DNA of 64,000 bases from Vicugna vicugna (GCA_013265495.1 MU058824.1:5234691-5298690), one strand, 5' to 3'; positions 1-12,815 are shown, counted from the stretch's first letter. The notes: generated by a model from the sequence alone, not told the origin. Numbers and translations are program-made.

Positions 1-171
1 CCCCCCGTAAGAGGGTTGCGGACATCGAACACATTGCAGACCCCGAGTCCCCACACCCCCACAGCAGAACAGCTGTTGGGCCCTCAGTGTCCCAACCCCC
101 AGACACCAGGACCCCTGGCTTCGTGACGCCCCCGCTCCCGGGACCCCAAAGTCCTGGATCGACGCCCTCAC

Positions 172-334
172 CAGTGAGGAGCTGCGGGCACCGCCGCGGT
201 CCGTCAGACAGCCGCTGCCCCCTCCCCCGGCTCCGGCTCCGCCGCCTCCACTCGGGACAGGAGTCGCCTGCCCGCCGGCGGCAGACAGCGGGCCCGGGAA
301 CCCGCCCCCACGGCTCCGCCTCCGCGGTGCCCAT
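172..334 (-). CDS. DNAJB5: DNAJB5 exon 1, putative N-terminal extension of the long isoform (gene continues beyond the left edge)
   Basis: ATG at 334 reads MGTAEAEPWGRVPGPAVCRRRAGDSCPEWRRRSRSRGRGQRLSDGPRRCPQLLT without stops to a donor CTG|GTGAGG at 172/171. It resembles the recalled long human DNAJB5 isoform, and synteny fits (DNAJB5 follows PHF24 on the same strand). Whether this ATG is used is uncertain. Confidence 0.65.
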
Positions 335-681
335 TGCGCCGTCTGCTCATCACTCAGCTCAGCCTCTGCTGTAATTGGACAGCTTTCAACGAGTGGCTCT
401 GTGATAGCCGCCCATTCTCCGCCCCTGTCACCCGCCACACGCGCACACATTCTGGGCAGTGACTGGTGTGGGTCTGATTGGTGCATTCTGGGATCAGTCA
501 ACCACACCTCTTTGCTAGCTCGTCGTGTCACTGGTGAAAGGGACAGAGGGAGGTAATTCCACGCGCCCTTTGATTTTATTGGTTGGTCTGTGGGGCTCAG
601 ACCCGAGTCGGGGGACAACTATTTTAGTCCAATCTCTGGTTTGAGAAGGTGGGGCGTACTGGCCACTGCTCGAATCCCGGG

Positions 682-696
682 AGAACCTTCTGGAAC
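682..696. promoter_or_regulatory. Heat-shock element (HSF site)
   Basis: aGAAc-cTTCt-gGAAc, three perfect inverted nGAAn units upstream of an Hsp40 gene. Confidence 0.6.
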
Positions 697-1849
697 CCGT
701 GCAACGTCAAAGACAGCCTTAAAGGAAAACTGCACCTACCAGTTTGCGGTGACTCTGGGCATTCTTTACTTTCTTCATTTAGGAGGGTAGGGGAGAGGAT
801 AGTGCACTCTGGGAGGTGTAGTCCCTGGGCCAGGATCAAATGGTCACCCCTTCTTACCTGCCTTCCATTGAATTGTGAACTAACCTCTCCCTGACCTGAA
901 TGAGCTTTACCTTATCTTGACCCGGAGTTGACCTGATGTGACCTAACTGGATATCAAAACAGACCCGGGTAGACGTGCGGAGTTAAGTACCTTCCTGTCT
1001 CTTCTTTGTAACCCGTTGTTCTCCAAAGGTTTAGCACCTCCATAATTCCTTTCCTGAGTCTCCTTTTCATTCTCTGTATAATCCCCTCATCCCTGCTCCT
1101 CCATGAGCAGCCCCTTCTCAGCAACCCCCACAGTCCCTATTAAAGTTCTACCTATAATCTTTCATCCTTCTTCCCCTTTGAGTTCCCACGTTTTAGCCCC
1201 CTTTTACTGTCCCCTCTTCTTAGCCCTATATGATCTCCTGTCTTTCCCCATGATCCTCTGTCTTATCCTATTTTTAATCCTTTACTCCCATGAACTCCCC
1301 TATCCTAGTCGCCGCTTTAATCCTTCATCTCAGCTCCACATGATCTCCTTTCTTAACACCTTCAGAATCTCCTATCTCAGTACCTCCCCACCCCCATTAA
1401 ATCTCAGCCCCAGTGTCCCCGATGTTCAGAGCAAGCAGGGCTGCGGAGGCGGTCGCCAGCGGAAGCCGACGCTTAGCAGACACAGTGCCTGGCGCCCACG
1501 TCACTGTCTCCCCGGCCCATCTGTGCTAGAAGAAGCGGGGGTAGGGAGGAGGTAATCTGGGGGTGAAGAGGGGGAGGAGTTCATGGGGGGAGGTTTGAGG
1601 ACAAAGGAAGGACCAGAGCAGAAGCTCTCACATACCTTTCTTTCTATGAGGTTTCCCAGAGACAGTTTGGACACCCATGTGGTCGTTCAAACTGAATAGA
1701 GCTGGAAACAGGCTTGGAGAGCATCAGTACCTAGGCCACAGAGTAGAGCAGAGCAGGAGAAAGGTCTAGGGATCCTGAGGTCAGGTCTACGTATCCTCCC
1801 TTACCTGCTTTCTTTCTAATACTCACTATGGGGATCCCAGGTGTAAAGG

Positions 1850-2220
1850 GGTGTGAGGTGTGAAGGAAGTGTGGTAAGAGGAGGATGGAGAGGAGGCAGA
1901 TAAGGGGGATAAGGAGAGGAGGGGGGCAAGATGGGGTAGGGGATATAGGGAGGAGAGGTGGGGTGAGAGGGATCACAAGAGGTAGGAGGGAGATGGGGAG
2001 TGGAGGGGAGGTGGGATGAGGGGAGATTTGGTGGGAGGTAGTGGGAGGTGAGAAGGGAAGGGGAAGTGGGGAGGAGAATAGAAGGGAGGGGAGATGGGGT
2101 GAGTAGCAAAAGGATGGGACAGAGAGATGGGGTGAGGAGGAATGGGGAAGGGAGGGGAAGTGGAGTGATGAGAGAACAGAATAGCATGATATGGAGGTGG
2201 GAAAGGGAGGATGAGGGGGC
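1850..2220 (+). repeat. GA-rich low-complexity tract
   Basis: Nearly pure G/A(T) runs; the Pro/Ser/Leu-rich ORFs here are compositional artefacts. Confidence 0.9.
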
Positions 2221-2534
2221 TTAGGACTGGTACTCACTCCTTATATTTGGGGGCTCTTACTCCCCCACCTCCAGACTCATGGGGGCCTGGGCTGTGAATG
2301 CTCTGCTTCTTCCTATTCCAGTTCTGTCTATTTTGCCTCCTCCAGTTTTCCCTGTGCCAACACGGAGGCTGAGTTTAGTCACCGGCCTTTACCTGGTCCC
2401 TGCTAATGCTAAAGTGTAGGCTTATACCTTCAAGGGCACAGGGCTGTGCCTTCAGACTGTTGTTTGCCGAGTTTGCAGTTGCTGTCCTGTGTCCCATAGC
2501 TCTGGGAATCAGATGTGTGTGTAAGGAACCAGGG

Positions 2535-2745
2535 TACGTAGTGTGGCATAGGGTGTAAGAATGTAGGCTCTGGAGGCAGACTGTTCACCTTGTGAGGTTA
2601 CTTGCCACATGTATGCTCATTTCCTCCTTTGAAAATTGGGGATAAACAACACCGGTACCTTATAGTGTTGTTGTGAGGGTTAATTAAGGTAACATATGTA
2701 ATGCACCTAGTTCTGAGCTTGGCATGTTGTTAATGCTTAAGAAAG
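2535..2745 (+). mobile_element. MIR SINE
   Basis: MIR core-like text (gctctggaggcagactg ... gtgttgttgtgagggttaattaag). Confidence 0.7.
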
Positions 2746-4605
2746 TTAACTTACTCTGTATGTTCACAGATATCTGGGTGTGTGAGTTCATCTGTAAATG
2801 TTTGGCAATTATTTGTACTGCTGTATCTGTGATACAATTTGTGAGAGTGTATTTGTGTAATTACTTTCGTGTGGTAGCATGCGTGATTCTGTGTTATTTG
2901 CTGTAGGTAATGTGATTTTGTGCTAATGTACATATGTGATTAAATAACTGTGTAGGCCTGTGCCTACATGATAAAGAGTGGATGAAGTGTGTCTTTATGG
3001 CTGTTGATATGCTGACGCCGTGTCTGCTGGTGTATGAATGCATCTGTGATTGTGTCAGTTCCAAACGCCCCCAGTCACCCTCCCTCCCAGCGGAGACGTC
3101 ACAACCCTAGGTGTCCCTCATTTCCTCACCCTGAGGGAACCGGAACCCGGGGGCGGGGCGGGAGTGGGTGACAGTGAGGAGGTGTTTAGACAGGAGCACA
3201 TGTTCCCTCCCAGACTGTGTATGGGAGGGGGAGCCCTATCTTGCATATACCCTAAAGGCTCCAGAGGAAGTGCTCCCTCAACTCTGTTTTCAGTTCTTTG
3301 TCTTGTCACCATGGCAGCAGTTGCCAGGGGCTCCCAGGGTTGCTAAGATCTGGGTGTGGGTGGCTGCCAGGCCCTGTTGCCAGTAGAAACAGAATCCTGG
3401 GGGGAAGGAAGCCTACCTCCATAGCTGCCAGCTTTCTGCAGTGACAAGACTGGCCCTTGGACCTCTCCTGTCACCAAATTTTACCTGTAATTTGTATGTC
3501 GCAGTACTAGAGTTGGTGGGGGTTTTAATAGGAAGATATTTAATAGGAACTAGAATATTGAGATTCACCTTCTGAGGAGAAAGGGGGCTCTAGCTTGGCT
3601 ATTACCATGTTTAAAGTTGGGAGGCCCTTAGAAATTAGTGACTACCTTATTCTGTCCCTCAACTCTTATACTTCTCCTCTGGCAGTATCTCTTCTTGACT
3701 TCTCCAAAGGCTGGTGCTTATTACCTGGTGCTTCCACCTGGTATACGAATACTATGTTGACCCTGTTACCTTGGATGCAGACTGACTCCTTCCTGTGGTC
3801 AGACTCTTAGCGTATTACCTGGTTACATACTTCATGCTGACACTTGAGCCCTAAATTCAGTCCCACACTGAGCCCCAATTTTGGCCTCAGCCTGAGACAC
3901 TGACCTTGGTGTTACTCCTGGACCAGACAGTTCCCCACACCCAGCCTCAGCCTAAGTTCTCCTAGACACAGATAAGCCCTAATCTTGATACTGATACTTG
4001 AACTCAGGCACAGAGTCCATTCTGATACTGTACACTGACTGACCACTGACTAGTGATCTAACTCTGTGTACTTGCCTGGCATCTCCCTTCATGTTCTGAA
4101 CCTATACTGGCCAGTACCATAAAAGTGCAAAGGTTTTTTTTCCCCTTGCCTTGGGGTGAGAGGACAGTACTAGAAATGACCAGAAGAGGGCGTGCAACAT
4201 CAGGTTCTAAAGGCACACTTCCCAGAGCCCACCTGGGATGGAGATAATAGGCAGATTGAGATCTTGGATCTTTTCTCTCTGGTCAGGAACCAGAGCTGAA
4301 GGCACAGCAATTGGTCTAAGAGGTTGAACTAAAGAAATTAAGGTTCTCAACCCAGTGATGCTCATGTTTTGGGATCATGTGGGTCTTACAAGCATGGATC
4401 TCTCTCCAGTTCAGCGGGCCTCAAGGCTGGGGCTGCTCAAGAAGGTGCTTAACCACTTACTGGCATTGCATGTCTCAGGAGGACTGGATACCTGGGAAGG
4501 CATCCCACCCTCAACTCCACATTTCTGTCATATACTCCACTACCTTCCCTTGTATTCAGTTATCTTTTGGTCCTATTGAGCAGAAATCTGCCTCTCCCCA
4601 CCTTT

Positions 4606-4657
4606 TTAAAAAATATATATTTTTATTGAAGTATAGTCAGTTTACAATGTTGTGTCA
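4606..4657 (-). mobile_element. Very short 5'-truncated L1 3' end with target-site duplication
   Basis: ttttattgaagtatagtcagtttacaatgttgtgtca flanked by ctccccaccttt (4594-4605) and ctcccccaccttt (4658-4670). Confidence 0.75.
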
Positions 4658-5220
4658 CTCCCCCACCTTTGGTCTTAGCTCTATCCTTGAGGTCACATCG
4701 ACCTCATTGGTCCCATCTGCCAGATATCAGCCATCTGCATCCCTTAAGTCTGCTCCTCACCAGGGTGAACACCCCTCAGGCCTTCATGTGTTCTTCTTCT
4801 GCCTTGTTCAATTCCAGCCACTAAGACCGTGTTCCTCTGGCTAGGTTTCAGTTTGTGATGCCTGGCTCTGATTAGCTTTTTCCAGGAGTGCTGGTGCAGT
4901 GTACAACCAAGCCAGCCTGCCTCCCTCCTCTGACCCTGCACTTCTTTCCATGTAGCCTCAGGTTACATCAACTTTTTTTTTTTCACACCAAGTGAAAACT
5001 ACATCCTTCGTTCTCCCTGACCTGCTAAGTCACATCTTGCCCATTTGTACCTGTTATGATTTTGAAAGGAGTGTTATTATTTATTTAAAAAAACAAAGAT
5101 ATTTGAAATTAATGAAATAAAAAACATTTTGGCAGTGTCTTCTGAGTTTTAGGGCAGTTTTTGGGCTTGGACATCTCTGTATTTGATGCTTACTTGAAGG
5201 TGGGACAAGAAGGGACTAAA

Positions 5221-5327
5221 GTGCTCATTTTAGCAGCACATATTCTAAAATTGGAACATTACAGAGAAGATTAGCATGGCTTCTGTGCAAGCATGACATG
5301 CAAATCTGTGAAGTGTTCCATATTTTT
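5221..5327 (+). pseudogene. U6 snRNA retropseudogene
   Basis: Full-length U6-like sequence GTGCTC...ACAGAGAAGATTAGCATGGC...TTCCATATTTTT with many substitutions; no obvious PSE/TATA upstream. Confidence 0.93.
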
Positions 5328-6234
5328 GATGAATCTTAAAATATAATGTAAAGTGAATGTATATGTTAATAAATTAGTATATTACAAAAGAAAAGAGGGA
5401 CTGAAGATCCTTAACTGGCTTGGCTGTGACTTCAGCACTGTGGACAGAGGCCATTGGCAGCACCCCCAGCTATGCCTGGGACTGTGGGTGGGTGGAAGAT
5501 GATACACACACAGCCTTCAGATGGGGCCAGAAATTCTTGCTGCTCACTCAGTGCCTTACAGTGTATAAAGCTCTTCCCTCTTACCAAACTTGTTTTCTCC
5601 TCACTCAATTTTCAGCCCAGGAGGCAGACAAAACAGGAACTGTTTTCCAGATGAGGAAACTGAGGTTTAGCAATGTCAAACTCCAAGCAACCCTTTGGGT
5701 GCGGTAGGAGACAGAACATAATTATTCCATGTTTAGCAACCACTATCCTGCTGTGGCTCAAGTGCATTCCTCTTTATCTCTAGGGAAGGTCAGGGTGGGT
5801 GGAATTTTTTGTGGAATCAAGGCTTCTGTCAGCCCTGGAAACAAGTGGCAGTTGGTAGGAGGAACAGTGCTGGGAGGGTCTGAAGTTCCAATCAGAACTC
5901 CCCAGATGAAGGTGGGGAAACCCTCCTCATCATTAGGATCCACAGATGTCCAGCTTTTATACCTTTTTCCTGTCCCAATTCTTGGCTTCACTGAGCTTGG
6001 AGAGAAGAAGGGATGTGCAAGATGTTATTAAGCTGTTTCTGAGCCTGATGAACCTCCATGGGAAAACTCCAAGGAGGAGGGATATGGGAGTCTGTGAGTG
6101 AAAAGGGGGAGTTGTGTAGGTGATAAGAAATCCTGTGACATGGCTATAGGTCTGGCTACCTATGTATGTCTATTTCTAGGGGAGAAGAGAGGTGCTGGAC
6201 CATACAGCAGCTGTTCCCTTGAGGTGTACTTTGA

Positions 6235-6465
6235 CAGGCAGCACAATAAAGTGGTTAAGAACATGGGCACTGAAGCCAGACTACCTGGTTCCCCTGCTTC
6301 CTAACTGTGTAATTGTGTAAACTTGAGAAATTCTCAGCCTCTCTGCTCCTCACTTTCTCATCTATAATACAAATCACATAAGAGTTGTTTTGGAGATTAA
6401 TTACTTTGTGGAAAGCACTTAGAACACCCAGTGCATAGTAACTGCTCAAAAACATTAGCTGTTAT
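6235..6465 (+). mobile_element. MIR SINE
   Basis: gtggttaagaacatgggcactgaagccagactacctggttc ... gcacttagaaca ... ttagctgtta. Confidence 0.75.
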
Positions 6466-6469
6466 AGGT

Positions 6470-6665
6470 GGGAGTTAGGGGCTCTGGTATCCCCACTGCA
6501 AAAATCCTCATATAACTTAATAGTCGGGCCTCTGTATCCCTGGTTCCACATCTGTGGATTCAGTGAACTGAGGATTGTGTGGCACTGTAGTACATATTTA
6601 CTGAAAAAAGTCTGCATATAAGTACACCCATGCAGTTTAGACCTGTGTTGTTCAAGGGTTAATCA
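6470..6665. mobile_element. Tigger2-family (TcMar) non-autonomous element
   Basis: Ends in tgtgttgttcaagggttaa (Tigger2-type TIR) and has the internal atctgtggattca palindrome. Confidence 0.65.
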
Positions 6666-7872
6666 TATTTGTATTTGCAGCTCCTATTTTTTTCTTTTAC
6701 ATCTCCAGAGGCTTAGATTTCTTGATTTTTTTCCTTCCAACTGGCTGGAGGAATATTAGCTATTCACCAACATTTCAAAATGAAGGCCAAATTCCTACAG
6801 CAATTCTATGCCCCCATGAGTCTTTAAAATGTGAATCCTTCCTCACATATTGTTTCTTTGGGCACTGGTCATTGAGCATCCTGAGTTCCTTGCCTCAGTG
6901 AAGTGAGGCACCTGGGTAGTGGAGACCACACAGGCTCTCTCTGGGCATCAGAAGGGATGTCCTAGCAGGAACTCAACCAACAGGACTCCTTGGGTCCCCT
7001 TCAAGCCCAGGAACTGTTACAAGCGCTCATTTCGTGAGCCCAGGCACAGGAGTTTTAGTCCTTCCACACCTGTACACATGCTATTCCTTCCCCCTGGAAC
7101 AGCGTCCCTTCTCCCTCTCCCTGCCGACATGCCTCACTACTCCTACCCATACTGCAGGTCTCAGCTGAAACAGCCTGTCCCCCAATAGGCCTTCCTGCCT
7201 TTGCCATCCACCCCGAAAGCACCCTTCACTTGCCTCTTGGTGGCCCTCATCATTGTGGTAATGAGCTGCTAAATTTCTTGCCTTCCCTGGAAGACAAGTG
7301 GGGTTCCTATGGTTTGAAGGTAGAATATCTGCCTCTGATACACAGAATAGGGATGTTCCTGTCTATAGGTACTGGCTCTATTCTCACCAGGCAAAAGGGA
7401 CGAATAGGGATTTCATGGTCTTCTGAAAGCCTCTCCAGACTTTAGTTTACCCAACCCTATCGTATCACAAAACAATTTGCAAAGATTGGGAGGAAACTCT
7501 CAGACTAGAAGAAAACACCCAACTACTTTTCCTACTTTGTAGCTCAGTAGAAACTAGGAAAAATGTCTCAACTGGTCCTTGGTGTATGTGTCTATATTGG
7601 GGGTGTGGGTGGGATGGAGTGTAATACATAGCAGATAAGCCTTACCTCTTCCTCAGTTTCTTCAAAAATTCTGGCTCTTCTGTGCTCCCGATTCCTGTGT
7701 CCATGGTGCAACCCTTGCCTCCTGCCACCTCCACCTATCTTGTGGTCTTCCTGGAGGCCACAGCTGCTCCTGTTTTAGACTCAGGAACTGGCCAATGATA
7801 GGAAACCAAACAGAAACTCGGCAGGTGCCCCAAACAACAAGAAACAAGAGGCCAAAAGAGCATCACAATCTT

Positions 7873-7878
7873 TTTATT
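7873..7878 (-). terminator. PHF24: Probable main PHF24 polyadenylation signal
   Basis: AATAAA on the minus strand followed by a U/GU-rich element (CTCTTTTGGCCTCTTGTTTCTTGTTGTTTG); gives a 3'UTR of about 4.4 kb. Confidence 0.6.
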
Positions 7879-10800
7879 ATGATTTCCACTGTGCCCAGCC
7901 TCTGGGAGCATCAGCTCTTTCTGGAGTGAAGCTGAGCCATGGGGAGGAGCATGCAGCTGTTGTGATGGGAGGACAGGGCTTGGGAATGTTCCCCTGAGCT
8001 TACTGTCAAGTTACCTTCTGCAGAAAACCACATAGGAAGGGCACGAGGGACCAGAGGCCATTGGATCCTCCAGCGTTACTTGAGTGTTCTCAGAGCCTGT
8101 CCCGCAAGCCTGTGTTCGGCTGGAGACAGATCAGAGGCCATCTCTTGTAGCCAGCTAGGCTTGAAGGCCTTTGTTTCAGCATAGATATAGAAAGGCCTTG
8201 CTATTTATACCTTGATGTTCTTATTTGTGGTCACGCCAACCCATGCTATACAAATTGGAATGCGATTGGGCTTTTTAGTCACTGGTCTGAGCAGACCTGA
8301 CACCCTCTCCATGATCTGGGTCATCGGGGCATGTGGCCCAGAGGGAAGAAGGGTTTTCTTAGTGCTAGCGGGGTCTATTGGAAATTCTGTAACCTGTTCA
8401 TTTTCTTTCCTTTTAAGGTTGTCAAAAGCAGTGGCAGTAGTAAAGCAACAGCAGGAAAAATATCCATTCCCAACCCACACCAGAGTGAGCTGTCAAGGAA
8501 CAGGCATAATGCATTGATATCCCTTACTCGAGGAATGCTTTGTTGTCCAGGCTGCAGCTCAGGGCCAAGAGAGAAATCCTGGGCACAAACTAAGTGACGT
8601 GAAGAAAGTAGCAATTTTATTCCACTGTAAATAGAGTGGTTAAAAGGGGTTATGACTGTAGGTGCCTGGATGTCCTGAAACTATGGCATCAGTTTTGTTC
8701 TGCCTTTTAAATGCCAAGTGTGTATTTGCCTTTACTCAGCTTGTTTGAAGGGGACATGCCTGCAGGATCATTAGAGCCTGCCAGTCGTGCCTGGAGGTTA
8801 CTCTTGACTCTGGGCTGGTTATGGCTGGCCTGAGGGCCTACCAGACAGCTTCTGCTGAGCTTCCTTCTTGTGTTTAGAGCGTCTTGGCACCATTCTTACT
8901 AAGTAATGAGACCTGCAATAGTTGAGGTTGAGGCTTATAAGCCTAGGCCCAATCCTGAATCCAACCTGCAGTGAGGTACCCTCTTCCCAGGCAGTTTGAT
9001 TCTGTTCTTCCCATATTGTTGACAAGAATGTGGGAACCCCAGATTTGACCAAACAAGGCCAGGGTGACATCCCATAGGGAGCACCAGGGCCAGAAAGGCC
9101 AGTGTCTGCCCTGCAGCCCCAGTTGTTTAGGCTGAGGACAGAAAGAGGCAATGTGCTTATGGCTTCAGCCGTGGTTGTCTTCAAAGGAAGACCACTTTGA
9201 GGGGTCAGTACCTAGGAGCAAGAGGATGGCTCCATCCCTGGGATCAAAGTGGACCATTGCTCAAAAGCGCAGTGCCTGCATCTGCTGGAAGACTGGTTTC
9301 AGGGGAGGAAGCCATGGAGCAGGCCTGCGGAGCCTATCTGGCCACAGCTATTGCCTCAGCTGACTGTCTCTGTGACTCCACTATGTAATCCAGATGTCCC
9401 TGTCTTTTAACTCTAAGCATGGAGAAGAGGACTGCTGGGTGAAATACAGACTTAGGGCAAGTAGCCTTCAGAGAAGCATTTATGTAACCTCAGCTTCCCT
9501 TGGTTAGGGGGTGGGGTGGGTGGAGCTTGGGAAGAGAACTATCTCTGCAATTCTGGGCAGCCAAGATGAAAAGATCAAAATATTTTCCTCATACCCTTAT
9601 TAGAGTCAGACACTGATTTCCATTATTGGCAGAATTTCAGACAGTCACAGTGATGAAAGGGCTTGACAAGGAAAGGGAATGGGCTTTACTAGGTTTATAA
9701 AAGTTTGAATGTCTCCATATGTACTGCAGAGGGGCTCCATGGATTAGGACACTGCAAAGGGAGATCCCAGAAAGGGGCTGGGTGGACCTTCTGCAACTCT
9801 GGACTGGGGTAGTAATGGATCCTCTCCTTTGGTAAAAATCTAGATGCCCATAGAGAAGACGCTGGTTGCTTTTCCATGCTTCTCTGCTTCCTAGGACTCT
9901 TATGGACTGGGAATTCTATCCTTTGCTGGGGGCCATGTACCCTGTACCCTTTGCAGCACACCCTCATCAGGGAACTTGCCGTCCTGGACTAGAGGGAGAG
10001 GAGTGATCCCAAATGGGCCTGATCCTGTTGTGGAAGAGCTCTGAGGCCTGCTTTGCCAGGCCCTGGGATACAGCTGGCCCGATCTGGCCCAGTCTTTACC
10101 ACTCACCCAAAGAAAGCTAGAAGCTGCAGCTCCAGAGAGGTAGGCATCACCTTGGTCTGTGAAGAATCAGGGAACAAGAAGATGGACATCCAGTCCTTGT
10201 GACTGATGACGAAGCAGGAGAAATAAATCTATTTAGCTCTCAAAGCCCAGAGCTTGTTTCTACTCAAAATGCCCTGTCCGTGAGATCAAGCAGCCCAAGG
10301 CCATTGGCACAGAAGGTGATCTGCCAGTAGAGTAAGCAACAGCCCCCGTACTTAATGTGCTTTAATCTTCTCAGTGCAAACCCCAGGCCTGGCTGCTTCA
10401 GATGCAGTCCTTGGGCCCAAGAGTCATGTGCTTTCTTTCTTTTTGGCTAGACTGATTAATGGCCCTCTCCTACTGATTAGTTGTGGGAGTATGGCTAAGG
10501 AGCATTTACAAAGAGCTGTGGGTTTTGAAATGTTCAGAGCCATACACATGAATGTATATTCATCTTCTGTCTACTTCATTTCAGTCCTAAATCATCCAAC
10601 CCCAGAAGCGTCTCACTCGGCTTCTAGGTGAGGCAGTCTTTACAGGAAGAGACCATATAGTGCTCTTTCCATGCCCCTGGTTATAGCTCTCCCCTTTTCT
10701 CTGAGCAACACTGAGCTGTACGCTGCTTCTGTAGAAATGCCTTGAGCAATGCAATGTGTTAGCTTCTGTATGACTGACCCAGTCTCTTATTGAATAGCTC

Positions 10801-12286
10801 TTGGTAGTCAGACCTTAGGCTAAACCTAAGTCAGAAACTTGGACCTCAGGGCCAGTGCTGACCCACAACATGCACTTACTAGAGAACTTGATGAGAACTT
10901 AGGAAGGACAGCGGGGGCTTGGAGACCAGACTTGGTGACTTTGTGGCAGCCTCTTCTTGCCCCAGAAGTCTTTCCATGCCAGGCCCAGGCCCTAGGCTGG
11001 TGGGGTGGGATATGCAGTAAGCAGTTGGGGAAGCAGCAGCTCAGGCTCTATCTCAGTAACAGGGAGAAGGGAACACCTCCGCCTTCTGTGAGGCTTTTCT
11101 GGGACTTTTTCTGCTCAAAAGAGTTGAGATGCAAATCCTCTTCTTAGCTCCAGTCTCTTATCCTCATTGTCAGGTGGCTGAAAGGAGTCCCTGCTTAGGG
11201 CTTCTGTGGAGTTGCTCTTTCTTGGGCTATGGAAGAGGCTGGCTCTGCACTCCATACCACAGCACACTTTTCTAGGTCTACAATTGAGTTGAGCTGGAAG
11301 GATGGAAAAGCATGAGCCTTCTCCTCTCCTCTTCCATCCAGACCTTGTTCTCATTGGAGCTCAGGCTTTGGGTCTCTGTGGTAGCTGACCTGGGTGAAGC
11401 ACCTAACCCAGAGGGCTGTGACTCCTGCCATCATACATGTTCTCCTTGGGTTCTGGGCCATGAGCGCCCATCTTAAAAATGGGCCAGGATGGCTCACCTT
11501 AGTTTGACTCTTTTGCTAAATAAAGACTTTTAGACTTGAATGACCTGGCTGAGATGTTTCTAGAATTCTGGATCCCTGGGAGGGGCTGCCTCCACCTTTT
11601 CTAACTTGGACTCCACATATTAGTTGTCTTCTCTGTCACCAGGAATTGGAATTTAAATAAACAATGGGCTGATGTGCAGTGGTGGTTTTCAACCATTTCC
11701 CCACCCCAACACATCAAGGGACATAGCATACATCTACCAGTACAGTGGCTCACAGGAAGGGATTTTTAGTGTGGGAAGAGGGAGCCTGTCAGCATCTCTA
11801 TGAGAGCATGTGAGTCTGATATGCCCCCTTATTAAGAACCACTTGGCCAGAGACTGATCTATTGGAAATTAGGACTGGCTAATAGAAGGGCTGAGTAGAG
11901 ACCCCCTCATCTATACCAGGGGTTTCACAAAAGAACTTTGGTCCTTTTTCAACCAAAAAGAACCAAGTCTCTGAAGGCCTGGGCAGCTAGGCGTGCATGT
12001 GTGTGTGGCTGTGTGCGGTGGTAGGTCCAGTCTACGGTGTGGAGTCAGGGCGTGGTCCGAAGTGGATGTTGCCACAGCTCCTAGGGCTTCTCCCTGTGGC
12101 AATGCATTTACTGCCTCTGTTGTGAAGGGGAATGGTGATTTCAGCGCCATAAAGCTTAGTGACAAATTGACATGTGGACAGTGCTCCATCCCCGTAAGTC
12201 TCAGTACCAGAGGTTGGTCGGGGAAAGGGGGAAGGAAAGGAGGAAGAGAACGCCACTGTCACCGAACTGAGCTTCTCTGCTCCATG

Positions 12287-12436
<150 letters not shown>

Positions 12437-12695
12437 TCATGAGACCTGATCGGCTTGAGCTGGGCAAAACTCAGGCAAGCCCGGGCTCGTACCTGACATG
12501 GTGATAGTGGGCTATGCTTCCAAGGTGACAGACCAGCTGGCTGGTCCTATGCATCTGGGGTCAAATGTGTACTCCTGAAGCCTGGTTTCTGGGGGTGGGC
12601 ACTTGCTGTTTAAGGGTGGCAGTGGGTAATGCCCAACTTACTTGAGTGTATTGGGAGTCAGGGGAGCAGACAGCCAGATGAGGAGGTGTCACTCA

Positions 12696-12815
<120 letters not shown>

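Larger units (their letters stand above)
1..720 (-). promoter_or_regulatory. DNAJB5: CpG-island promoter of DNAJB5
   Basis: High GC and CpG density, GC boxes, CCAAT boxes at 477-481, 578-582 and 629-633. Confidence 0.85.

Noticed and set aside
619..627. MEF2-like ctattttag in the DNAJB5 promoter
   Set aside because: One base short of CTA(A/T)4TAG.
1731..2237. Pro/Ser/Leu-rich ORFs
   Set aside because: Translation of a low-complexity tract.
5221..5327. Functional U6 gene
   Set aside because: Many substitutions, retroposition hallmarks and no evident Pol III type-3 promoter.
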